Of a DNA stretch of 54,880 bases, positions 1 to 8,487 are shown piece by piece; the first letter of the stretch is position 1; each line of letters opens with the position of its first letter. The notes under the pieces were generated by a model, which worked only from the letters and a program-made list of their open reading frames with translations, was not told the DNA's origin and did not search any database. The position numbers and the translations under genes are program-made. This DNA is from Patescibacteria group bacterium UBA2135 (GTDB taxonomy: Bacteria > Patescibacteriota > Minisyncoccia > Phycocordibacterales > UBA2135), in contig DCXN01000001.1 of NCBI GenBank assembly GCA_002327685.1, positions 12,170 through 67,049 of the forward strand, given 5' to 3'.

Positions 1-19
1 ATATTATTGTTTTATAGCA

Positions 20-164
20 GCCGGAAGGATTCGAAAGACGGAGGCGGTATACAAGATGAGCGGAGCGAGTGCTTGTCGCCGAGTCGGGGTCGCGAACACT
101 TAGCAGAATTGAGTGCGTAGCACGAAAATTATGCTTAGTGATTTGTGACCGAATCCTGCCCGGC
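20..164. repeat. compound inverted-repeat intergenic element (near window edge)
   Basis: Arm gccggaaggattcg (20-33) pairs imperfectly with cgaatcctgcccggc (150-164). Inner hairpin cacttagca (97-105) / tgcttagtg (132-140). Shares the words gaaagacgGAGGcg and cgaaaattatg with the element at 2885-3098. Confidence 0.6.
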
Positions 165-173
165 GCATAAAAA

Positions 174-197
174 AAAGACCCTCGCGTGGAGGGTCTT
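174..197 (-). terminator. intrinsic terminator downstream of plsC
   Basis: agaccctc-gcgtg-gagggtct hairpin. The A8 run on the + strand gives a U-tract after the hairpin on the - strand, just past the plsC stop. Confidence 0.75.
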
Positions 198-920
198 TCA
201 ACAATTAAGCAATTTTTCAACTTCTGACATAATCTCAGCGGCTCCGCGTCTAAGATCTTGCTCGTCTGGATTCTTATTGTCTGTAAAGATATCTTCCTTG
301 GAAATTAGTTTCTTCCCGAACTGGACGATGATGGTATGTTTCCTCATCAGAAATGTTTTCGGAACCACATTATATGTACCTGAAATAGCAACAGGGACAA
401 TGGTCGTGTCAGTATGGTGCAAGAGAAACGCTACGCCGTTTTGGGCAATTCCCAGTTTTCCGTCTCGCGTTCGCTTTCCTTCGGGGAAAAATAGCACACT
501 TCGTCCTCCCAGTAGAAACTTTATTTGATACGCAACCGCTTTTTTAAGGTCTCCCGTTCCAACGTACACAGGATAGCCGCCGAACATCCGGAAAAAAAAC
601 GGTAGGCGATATAAGTAGTATAACCACCCAAAGCTCTTCCTGTTTTTTTTAATAACTTCTGGATCATCAGTTGCGGAAAAAATTGGAGTATATGCGCTCA
701 CAAATGGTAGTGCGGCATTTACAGCTATTGAATCAAGTTGACTTGCGTGATTTGCGGCAAAGAGAACTCCGTTATTTATTCCACATATATCATGCAAATT
801 CTCCAATCCATAAACCTTAAACTTGCAGAAAAAAATTAAAATAATCCGAGTTGGTAGCCACAAAAGCGCTCTTGCTACTATAGGAGAAAACACATAAGAC
901 GGGTAAAGTCGCTTCGCCAT
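198..920 (-). CDS. plsC: 1-acyl-sn-glycerol-3-phosphate acyltransferase
   Basis: 240 aa ORF with acyltransferase motifs NHASQLD (HX4D) and FFPEGKRTRDG. Confidence 0.85.
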   Translation of the reverse strand: MAKRLYPSYVFSPIVARALLWLPTRIILIFFCKFKVYGLENLHDICGINNGVLFAANHASQLDSIAVNAALPFVSAYTPIFSATDDPEVIKKNRKSFGWLYYLYRLPFFFRMFGGYPVYVGTGDLKKAVAYQIKFLLGGRSVLFFPEGKRTRDGKLGIAQNGVAFLLHHTDTTIVPVAISGTYNVVPKTFLMRKHTIIVQFGKKLISKEDIFTDNKNPDEQDLRRGAAEIMSEVEKLLNC

Positions 921-1090
921 ATTGTACCCCTTTCAAGATTCAAGATTTCTTTCTCTTTTCACACTAGCATATCCCCTACATCACGTCATTTGCCTTTTTA
1001 TTTATTTTAATGTAATCTTTTGTTTGGATGAATTAGTCAAGCGCCAGTTTGACTGATTTTGCATTTCAACAATGTGGAAAGGATATAAAA

Positions 1091-1981
1091 ATGGCGACGA
1101 AAGGATTTCGGCAATTACTGGGAGATAGACAGGAATTAATAGATTCTTTGGTATGTGTTGGGCTTGATCCTATTCCTGAAAAATTGCCAGCATGTTTGGT
1201 CAGCGGTTTGTCTGACTTCCATTTAGCAACAGATATTGCTGTTTGGATGGAAGAAGTTATTGACGCGACCGCTCTTTTTGCCTCGATGTTCAAGCCACAA
1301 AAAGCCCATTGGGAAGCATTTCCTAACGGAGCTTGGGCACTTCAAAAAGTTGTGAAGCACATTAGGCGTAACCATCCTGGCATTCCAATTTTTCTTGATT
1401 GCAAACGAAATGATATTGACAGGACGCAACAGCGGTATCAAATTGCCCATTTTGAAATTGACGGAGTTGACGGGATGAACTTCTCGCCTTACATGGGCGA
1501 AGATTGTATAAAAGATCTCATTAATAGAAAACATCTGGAACGGGCGCTTGTCGGTCTGTGCTATACTAGCAATCCTTCTGCTCGAGAAATACAAGATATA
1601 GAATTAGCTAGCGGACAGCTTCTATGGGAGTTTATAGCTGAGAGGACTCTGGCTTGGGCGAAGGATTTAGGTGTTGTTGAAAACGCCGGTCTTGTTATGG
1701 CCGCCGCTTATGAAAAACCTGAAGGGTCGGGAAATATCTACTCTGAACATTTGACTCGCTGTAGAGAAATTGTCGGTAATGAACTTTGGTTTTTAACTCC
1801 TGGTATCGACGCTCAAGGTGGCTTTATTGCTGAAACTGTTCAAGCTGCTTATGTTGGACATGGTTCAATCGCTATCAACTCCTCTTCGGGAATTTGTCTT
1901 GCCAGCCAAGGCGAAGATTTCGCGGAAGCTGCAGCCGAAAAAGCTCGTCAATTGCGCGATACCATTCGCGCCGCACAATAA
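1091..1981 (+). CDS. pyrF: orotidine 5'-phosphate decarboxylase, type 2
   Basis: Motifs VGLDP and FLDCKRNDIDRTQ (D-x-K-x-x-D). The ATG at 1091 follows aaagga; the track ORF starts at an upstream TTG (1049). Confidence 0.8.
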   Translation: MATKGFRQLLGDRQELIDSLVCVGLDPIPEKLPACLVSGLSDFHLATDIAVWMEEVIDATALFASMFKPQKAHWEAFPNGAWALQKVVKHIRRNHPGIPIFLDCKRNDIDRTQQRYQIAHFEIDGVDGMNFSPYMGEDCIKDLINRKHLERALVGLCYTSNPSAREIQDIELASGQLLWEFIAERTLAWAKDLGVVENAGLVMAAAYEKPEGSGNIYSEHLTRCREIVGNELWFLTPGIDAQGGFIAETVQAAYVGHGSIAINSSSGICLASQGEDFAEAAAEKARQLRDTIRAAQ

Positions 1982-1987
1982 AGAAAC

Positions 1988-2013
1988 AACCCCTGTCTAT
2001 GCAGGGGTTTTTA
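1988..2013. terminator. bidirectional intrinsic terminator between convergent pyrF and GNAT gene
   Basis: aacccctg-tctatg-caggggtt followed by a T-run. Confidence 0.75.
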
Positions 2014-2021
2014 CTTTTTTA

Positions 2022-2483
2022 TCACAATCTAATGCGAAAATTGTTCGTTTTCCTTCTTTCACACCCAGGTATAGAATTGTAAAATTTTTGTGCTGCCTCT
2101 TTCTCAACATTGCTTGAAAAATCACAAAATTCTGCGCCTTTATCGTGCGCAATTTGTTTTAACACACCAAGAATTTCTTTTCCAATCCCCATTCTTTTAT
2201 ACGCTGGGTGTGTAGCTACTTGCTCTAGATATGTCTTTATTTCTCCGTCGTCAAGCAAAACCATATACATGGTTTGTTTGCCAATTATCTCTTCAGTGTC
2301 TGTCCTCCGCGCAACAACAAAAATAATATGTGGATTTTTGAGAAAAGTTATAAATTGCCCCCATGTCATTTCACGTGTTTGTTTCAATTCTTCCTTATTG
2401 AGAAAATTAATAGCGTCTAGGTCTTTTTTGGTGTGTGGTCCAGTCCAGCGTTCTACAAAAAACTCTGTCATTAATATCTCCAT
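2022..2483 (-). CDS. GNAT family N-acetyltransferase
   Basis: 153 aa; acetyl-CoA binding motif HPAYKRMGIGKEIL (R/Q-x-x-G-x-G/A). Confidence 0.75.
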   Translation of the reverse strand: MEILMTEFFVERWTGPHTKKDLDAINFLNKEELKQTREMTWGQFITFLKNPHIIFVVARRTDTEEIIGKQTMYMVLLDDGEIKTYLEQVATHPAYKRMGIGKEILGVLKQIAHDKGAEFCDFSSNVEKEAAQKFYNSIPGCERRKTNNFRIRL

Positions 2484-2587
2484 CTGCGCTATCCTTCTGT
2501 AGTGAATATATCACATTTTTTAAATTTGACCATTTGTGTTTTGTTCGTGTTTATATTATCATTTCCGTATTCCTAATTCATAACAAT

Positions 2588-2746
2588 ATGACACAAAAAC
2601 ATTTACTAAAACTTGCGTGCAAGAATTGTAAACGGATCAATTATTGGACGCGCAAAAATAAAAAAAGCGTTGAGCGCAAAATAGAGCTCAAAAAGTATTG
2701 TCGCTGGTGTCGCGGTCCGTATCCGCATCAAGAGACGAAGAAATAG
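2588..2746 (+). CDS. rpmG: 50S ribosomal protein L33
   Basis: 52 aa MTQKHLLKLACKNCKRINYWTRKNKKSVERKIELKKYCRWCRGPYPHQETKK. Two CxxC pairs and the KNKK..ERKIELKKYC signature of L33. The ATG at 2588 lies inside the longer track ORF. Confidence 0.9.
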   Translation: MTQKHLLKLACKNCKRINYWTRKNKKSVERKIELKKYCRWCRGPYPHQETKK

Positions 2747-2762
2747 AAAACCTCGCGCAACA

Positions 2763-2800
2763 ACAACATTCCAACATTCGCAAGAATGTTGGAATGTTGT
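2763..2800. repeat. ACATTCC-family perfect hairpin (17-bp stem, GCAA loop)
   Basis: acaacattccaacattc-gcaa-gaatgttggaatgttgt, 17 nt after the rpmG stop. No U-tract. Related copies at 17463, 18299, 49479 and 54863. Confidence 0.9.
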
Positions 2801-2884
2801 GTGTAAAAAGCTTCCTAAAAATATTTCTTCAGTTTTTTCAATATATTTGCTATAAATTACTAAGAGCCTATTCACGATCTCGCG

Positions 2885-3098
2885 CCGAGCCATAAATCTC
2901 GAAATTCAGAGCGAAAATTATGAAAGACGAGGAGGCATATAAAAGCACTACGTCTTATATAAGCTCCTCGGCTCGGCAATCTGAAAAACTCCACTTCGCT
3001 TCGTCTTTCAGATTGCACTCGCTCTACGTCGCTTATCGAGATACGGCGACGAGTTTTGAATAATTTGCAGCCTGAATTTCGAGATTTTGGCCGGCGAG
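2885..3098. repeat. compound multi-hairpin element closed by a long-range inverted repeat
   Basis: Perfect 16-nt arms aaatctcgaaattcag (2894-2909) / ctgaatttcgagattt (3072-3087). Inner hairpins include gcaatctgaaa (2976-2986) / tttcagattgc (3006-3016) and cgaggag...ctcctcg. Confidence 0.85.
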
Positions 3099-3145
3099 CA
3101 ATATTTTCTTCTCTTGCGGCGAGATCGTGAGCAGGCTCTTAGTGA

Positions 3146-3216
3146 GGGTCCATAGTTCAATGGTAGAATGACGGTCTCCAAAACCGTTGATCCAGGTTCG
3201 AATCCTGGTGGACCCG
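3146..3216 (+). tRNA. tRNA-Trp (anticodon CCA)
   Basis: Acceptor GGGTCCA/TGGACCC, anticodon stem ACGGT/ACCGT with loop CTCCAAA, T-arm CCAGG-TTCGAAT-CCTGG, discriminator G. No encoded CCA. Confidence 0.9.
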
Positions 3217-3225
3217 TAGATAACT

Positions 3226-4143
3226 CTATTTTCCAAGAAATTTTTGCAGCTCTTTTTCTATTTTTTGATATTCATTCGGTTTAATCCAGTGAATATTTTT
3301 ATCGCGTTTAAACCACGTTTTTTGGCGGCGAGCGTATTGCCAGGTTGCGGAATTTAATTGTTTTCTCATCTCTTGCTTATTAATTTTCCCGCGCAAGTAT
3401 CGCGAAAGATAACGGTATTCTAAACCTAGCCCCTCCATTTTTTTCCAAGACAGTCCTTTCCGGTGAAGCTTGCGTACTTCTGCAATCATTCCTTGCCTTA
3501 TTTGCGCGAATAAGCGCATAGTAATTTTTTGTTTGAGTATCTCGTCTGGGATTTTGATTCCAATTTTGAGAACGTCATATTTTAATTGTTTATCTTTTTC
3601 TGCGTTAGTTTGTGTTAGCTTGCGTGAAGTCTTCGCTTTGGCAATTTCAATTGCCCGTATAATACGTCTACGGTTTTTTACATCTATGTTTTGTGCACGG
3701 GTAGGATCAAGTTTCTCTAATTGTTTTAGAAGTATACTCGTTGTCTTTTTTTCAAGCTGTGCGCGTAGTTTTTTATCAGGTGGTATGTTGGGCAATGTGA
3801 TATCGCCAAGCAGTGTGTCAATATAAAATCCAGTGCCGCCGACGATAATCGGAATTTTTCCTTTTCGTACAATATGTCGTATGATTTTTTCCGCATCTTT
3901 TTTATACTTTGCCACAGTATATATGCGTTTAGGACTTGCCACGTCAAGGAGGTGGTGTGGTATTCCACGCATCTCACGTTTGGTAATTTTTCCTGTGCCG
4001 ATATTAAGTCCTTTATACACTTGTCGCGAATCAGCGGATATGATTTCTCCGTTGAATCGTCGCGCAAGCCGTACTCCCAAATCACTTTTTCCCGTTGCGG
4101 TTTGCCCAAGTATGGCAATAATTTTTTGTTTTTTTGTTGACAT
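3226..4143 (-). CDS. miaA: tRNA dimethylallyltransferase
   Basis: P-loop GQTATGKS and SADSRQVYKGLNIGTGK, typical MiaA. Confidence 0.9.
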   Translation of the reverse strand: MSTKKQKIIAILGQTATGKSDLGVRLARRFNGEIISADSRQVYKGLNIGTGKITKREMRGIPHHLLDVASPKRIYTVAKYKKDAEKIIRHIVRKGKIPIIVGGTGFYIDTLLGDITLPNIPPDKKLRAQLEKKTTSILLKQLEKLDPTRAQNIDVKNRRRIIRAIEIAKAKTSRKLTQTNAEKDKQLKYDVLKIGIKIPDEILKQKITMRLFAQIRQGMIAEVRKLHRKGLSWKKMEGLGLEYRYLSRYLRGKINKQEMRKQLNSATWQYARRQKTWFKRDKNIHWIKPNEYQKIEKELQKFLGK

Positions 4144-4200
4144 GGTGTCTGGATAACCTTATTATACATAACATATTATTAAATCATTTGATATTTTATT

Positions 4201-4749
4201 ATGACAGAAATAGAAACAGCAGAGGGAAAACAAGTTCCCGATGTTACATTAAAAACACGTGTTCGAGATGAGAGCGTTGGTGGCGATAATCCATATCGCT
4301 GGCAGGATATAAAAAGCAGTGATTTGTTTGAAGGTAAGAGGGTAGTACTCTTTGCGCTTCCGGGAGCATTTACACCGACTTGTTCTTCCACACACCTTCC
4401 AGGATACGAAGCGGTATACAATGAATTCAAAAAACTCGACATTGATGAAGTGTATTGCCTTTCAGTTAATGATGCATTTGTTATGAATCAATGGGGGAAG
4501 CACCAAAAGGCGGAAAAGGTTAAATTGATTCCTGACGGCAGTGGCGACTTTACTCGCGAAATAGGTATGCTCGTGGAAAAAGACAATCTTGGATTTGGAG
4601 AACGTTCTTGGCGATATAGTATGTACGTTGAAAATGGAGTGATTAAGAAAATGTTTATAGAACCCGGATTTGGCAACAACTGTCCCGATGATCCATTTGA
4701 GGTGAGTGATGCGAATACCATGCTTGCATATTTGAAGAAGACACAATAG
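4201..4749 (+). CDS. peroxiredoxin, Prx5-like subfamily
   Basis: VVLFALPGAFTPTCSSTHLPGY peroxidatic-Cys motif. Confidence 0.85.
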   Translation: MTEIETAEGKQVPDVTLKTRVRDESVGGDNPYRWQDIKSSDLFEGKRVVLFALPGAFTPTCSSTHLPGYEAVYNEFKKLDIDEVYCLSVNDAFVMNQWGKHQKAEKVKLIPDGSGDFTREIGMLVEKDNLGFGERSWRYSMYVENGVIKKMFIEPGFGNNCPDDPFEVSDANTMLAYLKKTQ

Positions 4750-4777
4750 TAAATCTCATTTTCCAACTGATAAAAAA

Positions 4778-4818
4778 GCCGGCGGTCGAAGATGTTAAAC
4801 ATCTATCGAATCGCCGGC
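4778..4818 (-). terminator. nested hairpin terminator
   Basis: gccggcg..tcga-agatgt-taa-acatct-a-tcga..cgccggc. The preceding A-run gives a U-tract on the - strand after ORF 4848-5237. Confidence 0.6.
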
Positions 4819-4847
4819 GTGTTGATTGCAAAGATACTTTTTCTTGT

Positions 4848-5237
4848 TCAACTTGATCGCTTTCCCTTGCATATCTTGCTGATGGTGTTGACGACGAGTA
4901 GTAGTGTTCCGATCGGATTGTGGTGCTTGAGAATAAACAGTGCTCTATTCCTTAATTCCGGTGGCTCTCTTTTGGGATATTCCACAAAGGATAAGAAGAA
5001 AGCCATTATTCCAAATGCCACAGGAAATAAGATGAACATTAACACCATATATACCAGCGCTGGGTTGGCTACTTTTGTTACTACGAACTCAATGTCAAAA
5101 AGAAAAACAATTAAGCCTATGATCAGTGTAGCGTAGAAAAAGGACGTGAAAACGAAGATGGAAAACCCGAAACCAAATAACATAGAGATCTTCCATCTCT
5201 CCGAATCTGGTTGCCGCATTGGAACGATTACGACCAT
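4848..5237 (-). CDS. hypothetical small membrane protein (about 3 TM helices)
   Basis: 129 aa hydrophobic ORF. A - strand terminator lies downstream and aaggg lies upstream of the ATG. The competing + ORF 4792-5136 looks less protein-like. Confidence 0.5.
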   Translation of the reverse strand: MVVIVPMRQPDSERWKISMLFGFGFSIFVFTSFFYATLIIGLIVFLFDIEFVVTKVANPALVYMVLMFILFPVAFGIMAFFLSFVEYPKREPPELRNRALFILKHHNPIGTLLLVVNTISKICKGKRSS

Positions 5238-5322
5238 GGTAAATCCCTTTTTCCCAGTGATTGCAATGAGTTATTTTGAACAAACTGTAAGCAGTATAAT
5301 GTATTATAATTAATATGTCAAG

Positions 5323-5404
5323 TGCTGGAGGAGGGACTCGAACCCTCAAGCCATAAGGCATGCGATTTTGAGTCGCACGTGTATACCAATTCCACCACTC
5401 CAGC
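5323..5404 (-). tRNA. tRNA-Leu (anticodon CAA)
   Basis: Reverse complement: GCTGGAG acceptor, anticodon loop CTCAAAA, long variable arm, T-loop GGGTTCGAGTCCC, discriminator A. Confidence 0.9.
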
Positions 5405-5462
5405 AATATATTGGTTATGGTACTTGAAAATAACACAAATTAAAAGAGGCGGTGAGTCGCCT

Positions 5463-5624
5463 CTAGTTAATTATCTTTTTGCTTTTAAAATCAGGACAAT
5501 ACGGTACTGTTATCTCATCGTCGAGCATCTTGTTAAGTTTAAAAATTTCCTGAGCTCTCGGGCAGTTGTCGTCCTCTCCGGGTTTTGATAGTTTGCAGTT
5601 AAGGCATAGATGCTCATCTTTCAC
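5463..5624 (-). CDS. candidate 53-aa Cys-containing small protein
   Basis: GTG start 8 nt after GGAG. Translation: VKDEHLCLNCKLSKPGEDDNCPRAQEIFKLNKMLDDEITVPYCPDFKSKKIIN (CxxC plus two CP). Too short for the ORF track. Confidence 0.35.
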   Translation of the reverse strand: MKDEHLCLNCKLSKPGEDDNCPRAQEIFKLNKMLDDEITVPYCPDFKSKKIIN

Positions 5625-5668
5625 TGGATATCTCCTGTTAGTTCTGTCTTTTGTTAGAATAGTACAAT

Positions 5669-6673
5669 TTGATTACTGAATCAATCTGCCGTATAATTCA
5701 ATATACGAACGTGAGTAATTTATATAACAACTCAATTTATTGGATTGAATCTGAAAAAGTTAGACCAAATCCTTACCAGCCACGGAAGGAGTTTGATGAA
5801 TTTCGTCTTAAGGATCTTGCGGATTCCATACGCCAGTATGGTGTTTTGCAGCCATTAGTGGTAACTCGCAAAGAGGTTGAGCGCGATGATGGGGGATTGT
5901 CCGTTGAGTATGAGTTGATTGCTGGCGAGCGGCGTCTTCGCGCGGCAAAAATTGCTGGACTACAACAAGTTCCGGTTGTTATACGCACAGGAGATGAAGA
6001 TGATGAACGCATTAAGCTTGAGCTTGCCATTATTGAAAATGTGCAGCGCGAAGATTTAAACCCCGTTGATCGCGCGCGCGCGTTTAAACAACTTGTTGAG
6101 AATTTTGGTTTCAAACACCATGAAGTATCGCAAAAAATGGGCAAAAGCCGTGAATATGTTTCAAATAGCATTAGACTCCTCTCGCTCCCACAGGAAATTA
6201 TTGAGGCATTGGGTTCAGGAACTATTACTGAAGGGCATGCGCGCCCGCTTATGATGCTTGCTAAGAGGCCGGAAGAGCAAATCACTTTATATAAAGAGAT
6301 TGTTTACAAAAAACTTACCGTGCGTGAGGCAGAACGAATCGCGCGACACACTGCCCACGAGCGTATCAGAAAGAAATCCACAGAATTTGACCCGGAGATT
6401 TTAGCTCTTGAAGAGGAGCTTACAAAAACACTCGGCACACGGGTGCAAGTTGAGTCTCGTGGTGAGGGCGGTAAAATTACCATAGATTTTTTCTCTCCCA
6501 ATGATTTGCAAGGTCTTCTTGAGCGTTTTAATCGTGAGGAAAATGGATTAGAAGGAATTATAGATGAAGGTATTTCTAATGTTTCTTCAGATGAAAGTAC
6601 TCACGAAGATAGTCCTGAAGAGAAAAAAGATGATAGTGAGTATCTTTACTCTGTCAAAAATTTCACGATATAA
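5669..6673 (+). CDS. parB: ParB/Spo0J family partition protein
   Basis: NPYQPR box and GERRLRAAKIAGLQQVPVVIR motif, with an acidic C-terminal tail. Start is uncertain: TTG at 5669 or GTG at 5711. Confidence 0.85.
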   Translation: MITESICRIIQYTNVSNLYNNSIYWIESEKVRPNPYQPRKEFDEFRLKDLADSIRQYGVLQPLVVTRKEVERDDGGLSVEYELIAGERRLRAAKIAGLQQVPVVIRTGDEDDERIKLELAIIENVQREDLNPVDRARAFKQLVENFGFKHHEVSQKMGKSREYVSNSIRLLSLPQEIIEALGSGTITEGHARPLMMLAKRPEEQITLYKEIVYKKLTVREAERIARHTAHERIRKKSTEFDPEILALEEELTKTLGTRVQVESRGEGGKITIDFFSPNDLQGLLERFNREENGLEGIIDEGISNVSSDESTHEDSPEEKKDDSEYLYSVKNFTI

Positions 6674-6770
6674 CAAACCTACAACCAACAACTCACAACT
6701 AGCGATTATTTGTTCCATACCTCCAATTGACAGCTAGTTTTGTTGTTGTTTGTTGTGGGTTGTAAGTTGT
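6673..6770. repeat. imperfect inverted repeat built from ACAAC words
   Basis: acaaacctacaaccaacaactcacaactag (6673-6702) versus ctagttttgttgttgtttgttgtgggttgtaagttgt (6734-6770), between convergent parB and rel. Confidence 0.6.
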
Positions 6771-8206
6771 TAGTTATTCTTTTGTAGGGCCGACTTAATA
6801 TGCTTGCGTGCAAGCGTTGTTTTTATATGTAAAAGCCATTTTGTAGTTGGTGATGCTGATCTTTTTGTGATAATTTCCACTTTGTCGCCATTTTTTAGTT
6901 TTGTATCAAGCGATACCAGTTTTTCGTTTACTTTAGCGCCCGCTATGTGGTCACCGATATCAGAATGAATAGCATATGCAAAATCAATTGTGGATGAATC
7001 TTCCGGTAAATCAATTACATCTCCATCTGGAGTGAATACAAATACACGGTCTCTGAAAAAATCCATCTTTAAATCATCAAGAAATTCCTCCGATTTTGCA
7101 ATATGTTTTTGCCATTCAGCCAATTGGACAATCCATGTCAATTTCTTCTTCAGAGGATTACCCTTTTGCCGCTTCACATTTTCTTTAAAACCTAAATGTG
7201 ATGCAATACCGTATTCAGCTTCATCATGCATTTCTTCTGTTCGCATCTGAATTTCAGCAATGCCACCGTCACCGGTAAAAATAGTGGTGTGTAGGCTTTG
7301 ATACCCGTTTGGTTTTGGCGTCGCAATGTAATCTTTGATACGTCCAGGGAGTGGTCGCCACATGTTGTGTGTAATACCGAGAATCCGATAACAGTCATCT
7401 ACTGTTTGGACGATGATGCGCAGGGCGGCGATGTCGTGTATCTTGTCAATGTCCATGTCGTACCGCTTGAGTTTTTTGTATAGGCTATAGAGGTGTTTTA
7501 TCCTGTAGTCAGTTTTAATAGGTTTTATGTTCTCTTTTATAAGCTCTTTTTGCAGTGAGCGATATACCTTTTGCAGATATTTCTGATTTTCTATACTTTT
7601 TTGTTTCAAAAGATCAAGGGTTTCTTTGTATTCTTTCGGATATACATAGGGGAACGCAAGATCTTCAAGCTCTCCTTTGATTTGCCCCATACCAAGTCGG
7701 TGAGCAAGTGGCGCGTATATTTCAAGTGTCTCAAGTGCGATACGTTTTTGTTTTTCAGGACGTACGTGCTCGAGCGTTTTCATGTTGTGGATACGGTCCG
7801 CAAGGCGAATTATAAGCACACGCACATCTTTTGATGTTGCTAAGAGAAATTGACGCAAACTCTCTGCATGCCGCTCAAGCCCTTTATATTCATATTTCCC
7901 AAGCTTCGTCACGCCGCGTACTAAAAATACGATTTCTTCCCCAAATTCTTTTTCTAACTCTTCTTTAGTAACTGAACTATCTTCAAGCGTATCATGTAAA
8001 AGTCCAGCCGCTATTGTTTTTGCATCCATATTGAGTCTTGCGAGTGTCTTTGTTGTTTCAGCAACGTGTTCAAGATATGGTTCTCCAGAAAATCGCTTTT
8101 GACCCCTGTGCACTTTTTCCGCGAACGAAAATGCGTGCGAGATAAGTTTTTTATCTGCAGTGGATTGTGATTTAACGTATTCAAGTATTTCATTGACGTT
8201 AGTCAT
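6770..8206 (-). CDS. RelA/SpoT-family (p)ppGpp synthetase/hydrolase, short form (HD + synthetase + TGS)
   Basis: HD motif LLHDTLEDS, synthetase motifs IAALRIIV and YQSLHTTI, TGS-like VFVFTPDGDVIDLP. At 478 aa it lacks the long C-terminal regulatory region. Confidence 0.9.
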   Translation of the reverse strand: MTNVNEILEYVKSQSTADKKLISHAFSFAEKVHRGQKRFSGEPYLEHVAETTKTLARLNMDAKTIAAGLLHDTLEDSSVTKEELEKEFGEEIVFLVRGVTKLGKYEYKGLERHAESLRQFLLATSKDVRVLIIRLADRIHNMKTLEHVRPEKQKRIALETLEIYAPLAHRLGMGQIKGELEDLAFPYVYPKEYKETLDLLKQKSIENQKYLQKVYRSLQKELIKENIKPIKTDYRIKHLYSLYKKLKRYDMDIDKIHDIAALRIIVQTVDDCYRILGITHNMWRPLPGRIKDYIATPKPNGYQSLHTTIFTGDGGIAEIQMRTEEMHDEAEYGIASHLGFKENVKRQKGNPLKKKLTWIVQLAEWQKHIAKSEEFLDDLKMDFFRDRVFVFTPDGDVIDLPEDSSTIDFAYAIHSDIGDHIAGAKVNEKLVSLDTKLKNGDKVEIITKRSASPTTKWLLHIKTTLARKHIKSALQKNN

Positions 8207-8260
8207 GTATTTGACTATACTCTAAAATAGAAATTAGACAATCAGAAGAGGGTACTCATA

Positions 8261-8410
8261 ATGAATGTCAAAAATACGTATGCGGGTATGGAGGTAGAGA
8301 GATTGTACCACCAGAGGATGACCTTGAAAGACTGGTTGATTGTTGTCTTGATCACTATTGTTTTTATTGGTATAGCTTCCGTTTTCGCTGTTTTTGGTCA
8401 TTTTTGCTAA
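8261..8410 (+). CDS. candidate 49-aa single-TM peptide
   Basis: The ATG follows agaagaggg. Translation MNVKNTYAGMEVERLYHQRMTLKDWLIVVLITIVFIGIASVFAVFGHFC. A hairpin lies immediately downstream. Confidence 0.35.
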   Translation: MNVKNTYAGMEVERLYHQRMTLKDWLIVVLITIVFIGIASVFAVFGHFC

Positions 8411-8420
8411 CAAATTATCA

Positions 8421-8458
8421 AAAACCACACTTTTCGGTGATTAGTGTGGTTTTTTGTT
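8421..8458. terminator. bidirectional terminator (downstream of topA on the - strand)
   Basis: aaaaccacac...gtgtggtttttt. Confidence 0.7.
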
Positions 8459-8487
8459 TTTTTAACGATGCCTAGTAACTTATCTTT

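Noticed and set aside
20-40. agcagccggaaggattcg resembles the GGAA-tetraloop region of SRP (4.5S) RNA.
   Set aside because: The order of the AGCAGCC and GGAAGG blocks is wrong for SRP helix 8. No symmetric-loop partner strand is present, and the segment is better explained as the arm of an inverted repeat.
3033-3236. ORFs reading through the tRNA genes (3033-3236 -, 5322-5588 +, 19063-19281 -).
   Set aside because: Each is explained by a well-formed tRNA (Trp, Leu, Gln). Peptides such as GLEPS... are typical tRNA read-through artefacts.
4792-5136. 114-aa + strand ORF overlapping the 4848-5237 region.
   Set aside because: The - strand ORF has clearer TM-helix periodicity, a plausible RBS and a strand-matched terminator at 4778-4818. 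Both ORFs cannot be real.
5773-6285. Long antisense ORFs inside parB (5773-6285), dnaX (16917-17429), the MFP gene (32194-32742), the permease gene (33911-34567), pgi (36499-37215) and the Cys-repeat gene (37931-38293).
   Set aside because: They are Ser/Arg/Cys-rich with low information content, sit opposite genes with strong family motifs, and have no RBS or terminator support.
8234-8428. 64-aa - strand ORF between rel and topA.
   Set aside because: It is Asn/Gln-rich with no RBS. The + strand 49-aa TM peptide ORF with an RBS (8261-8410) explains the region better, though that ORF is also uncertain.
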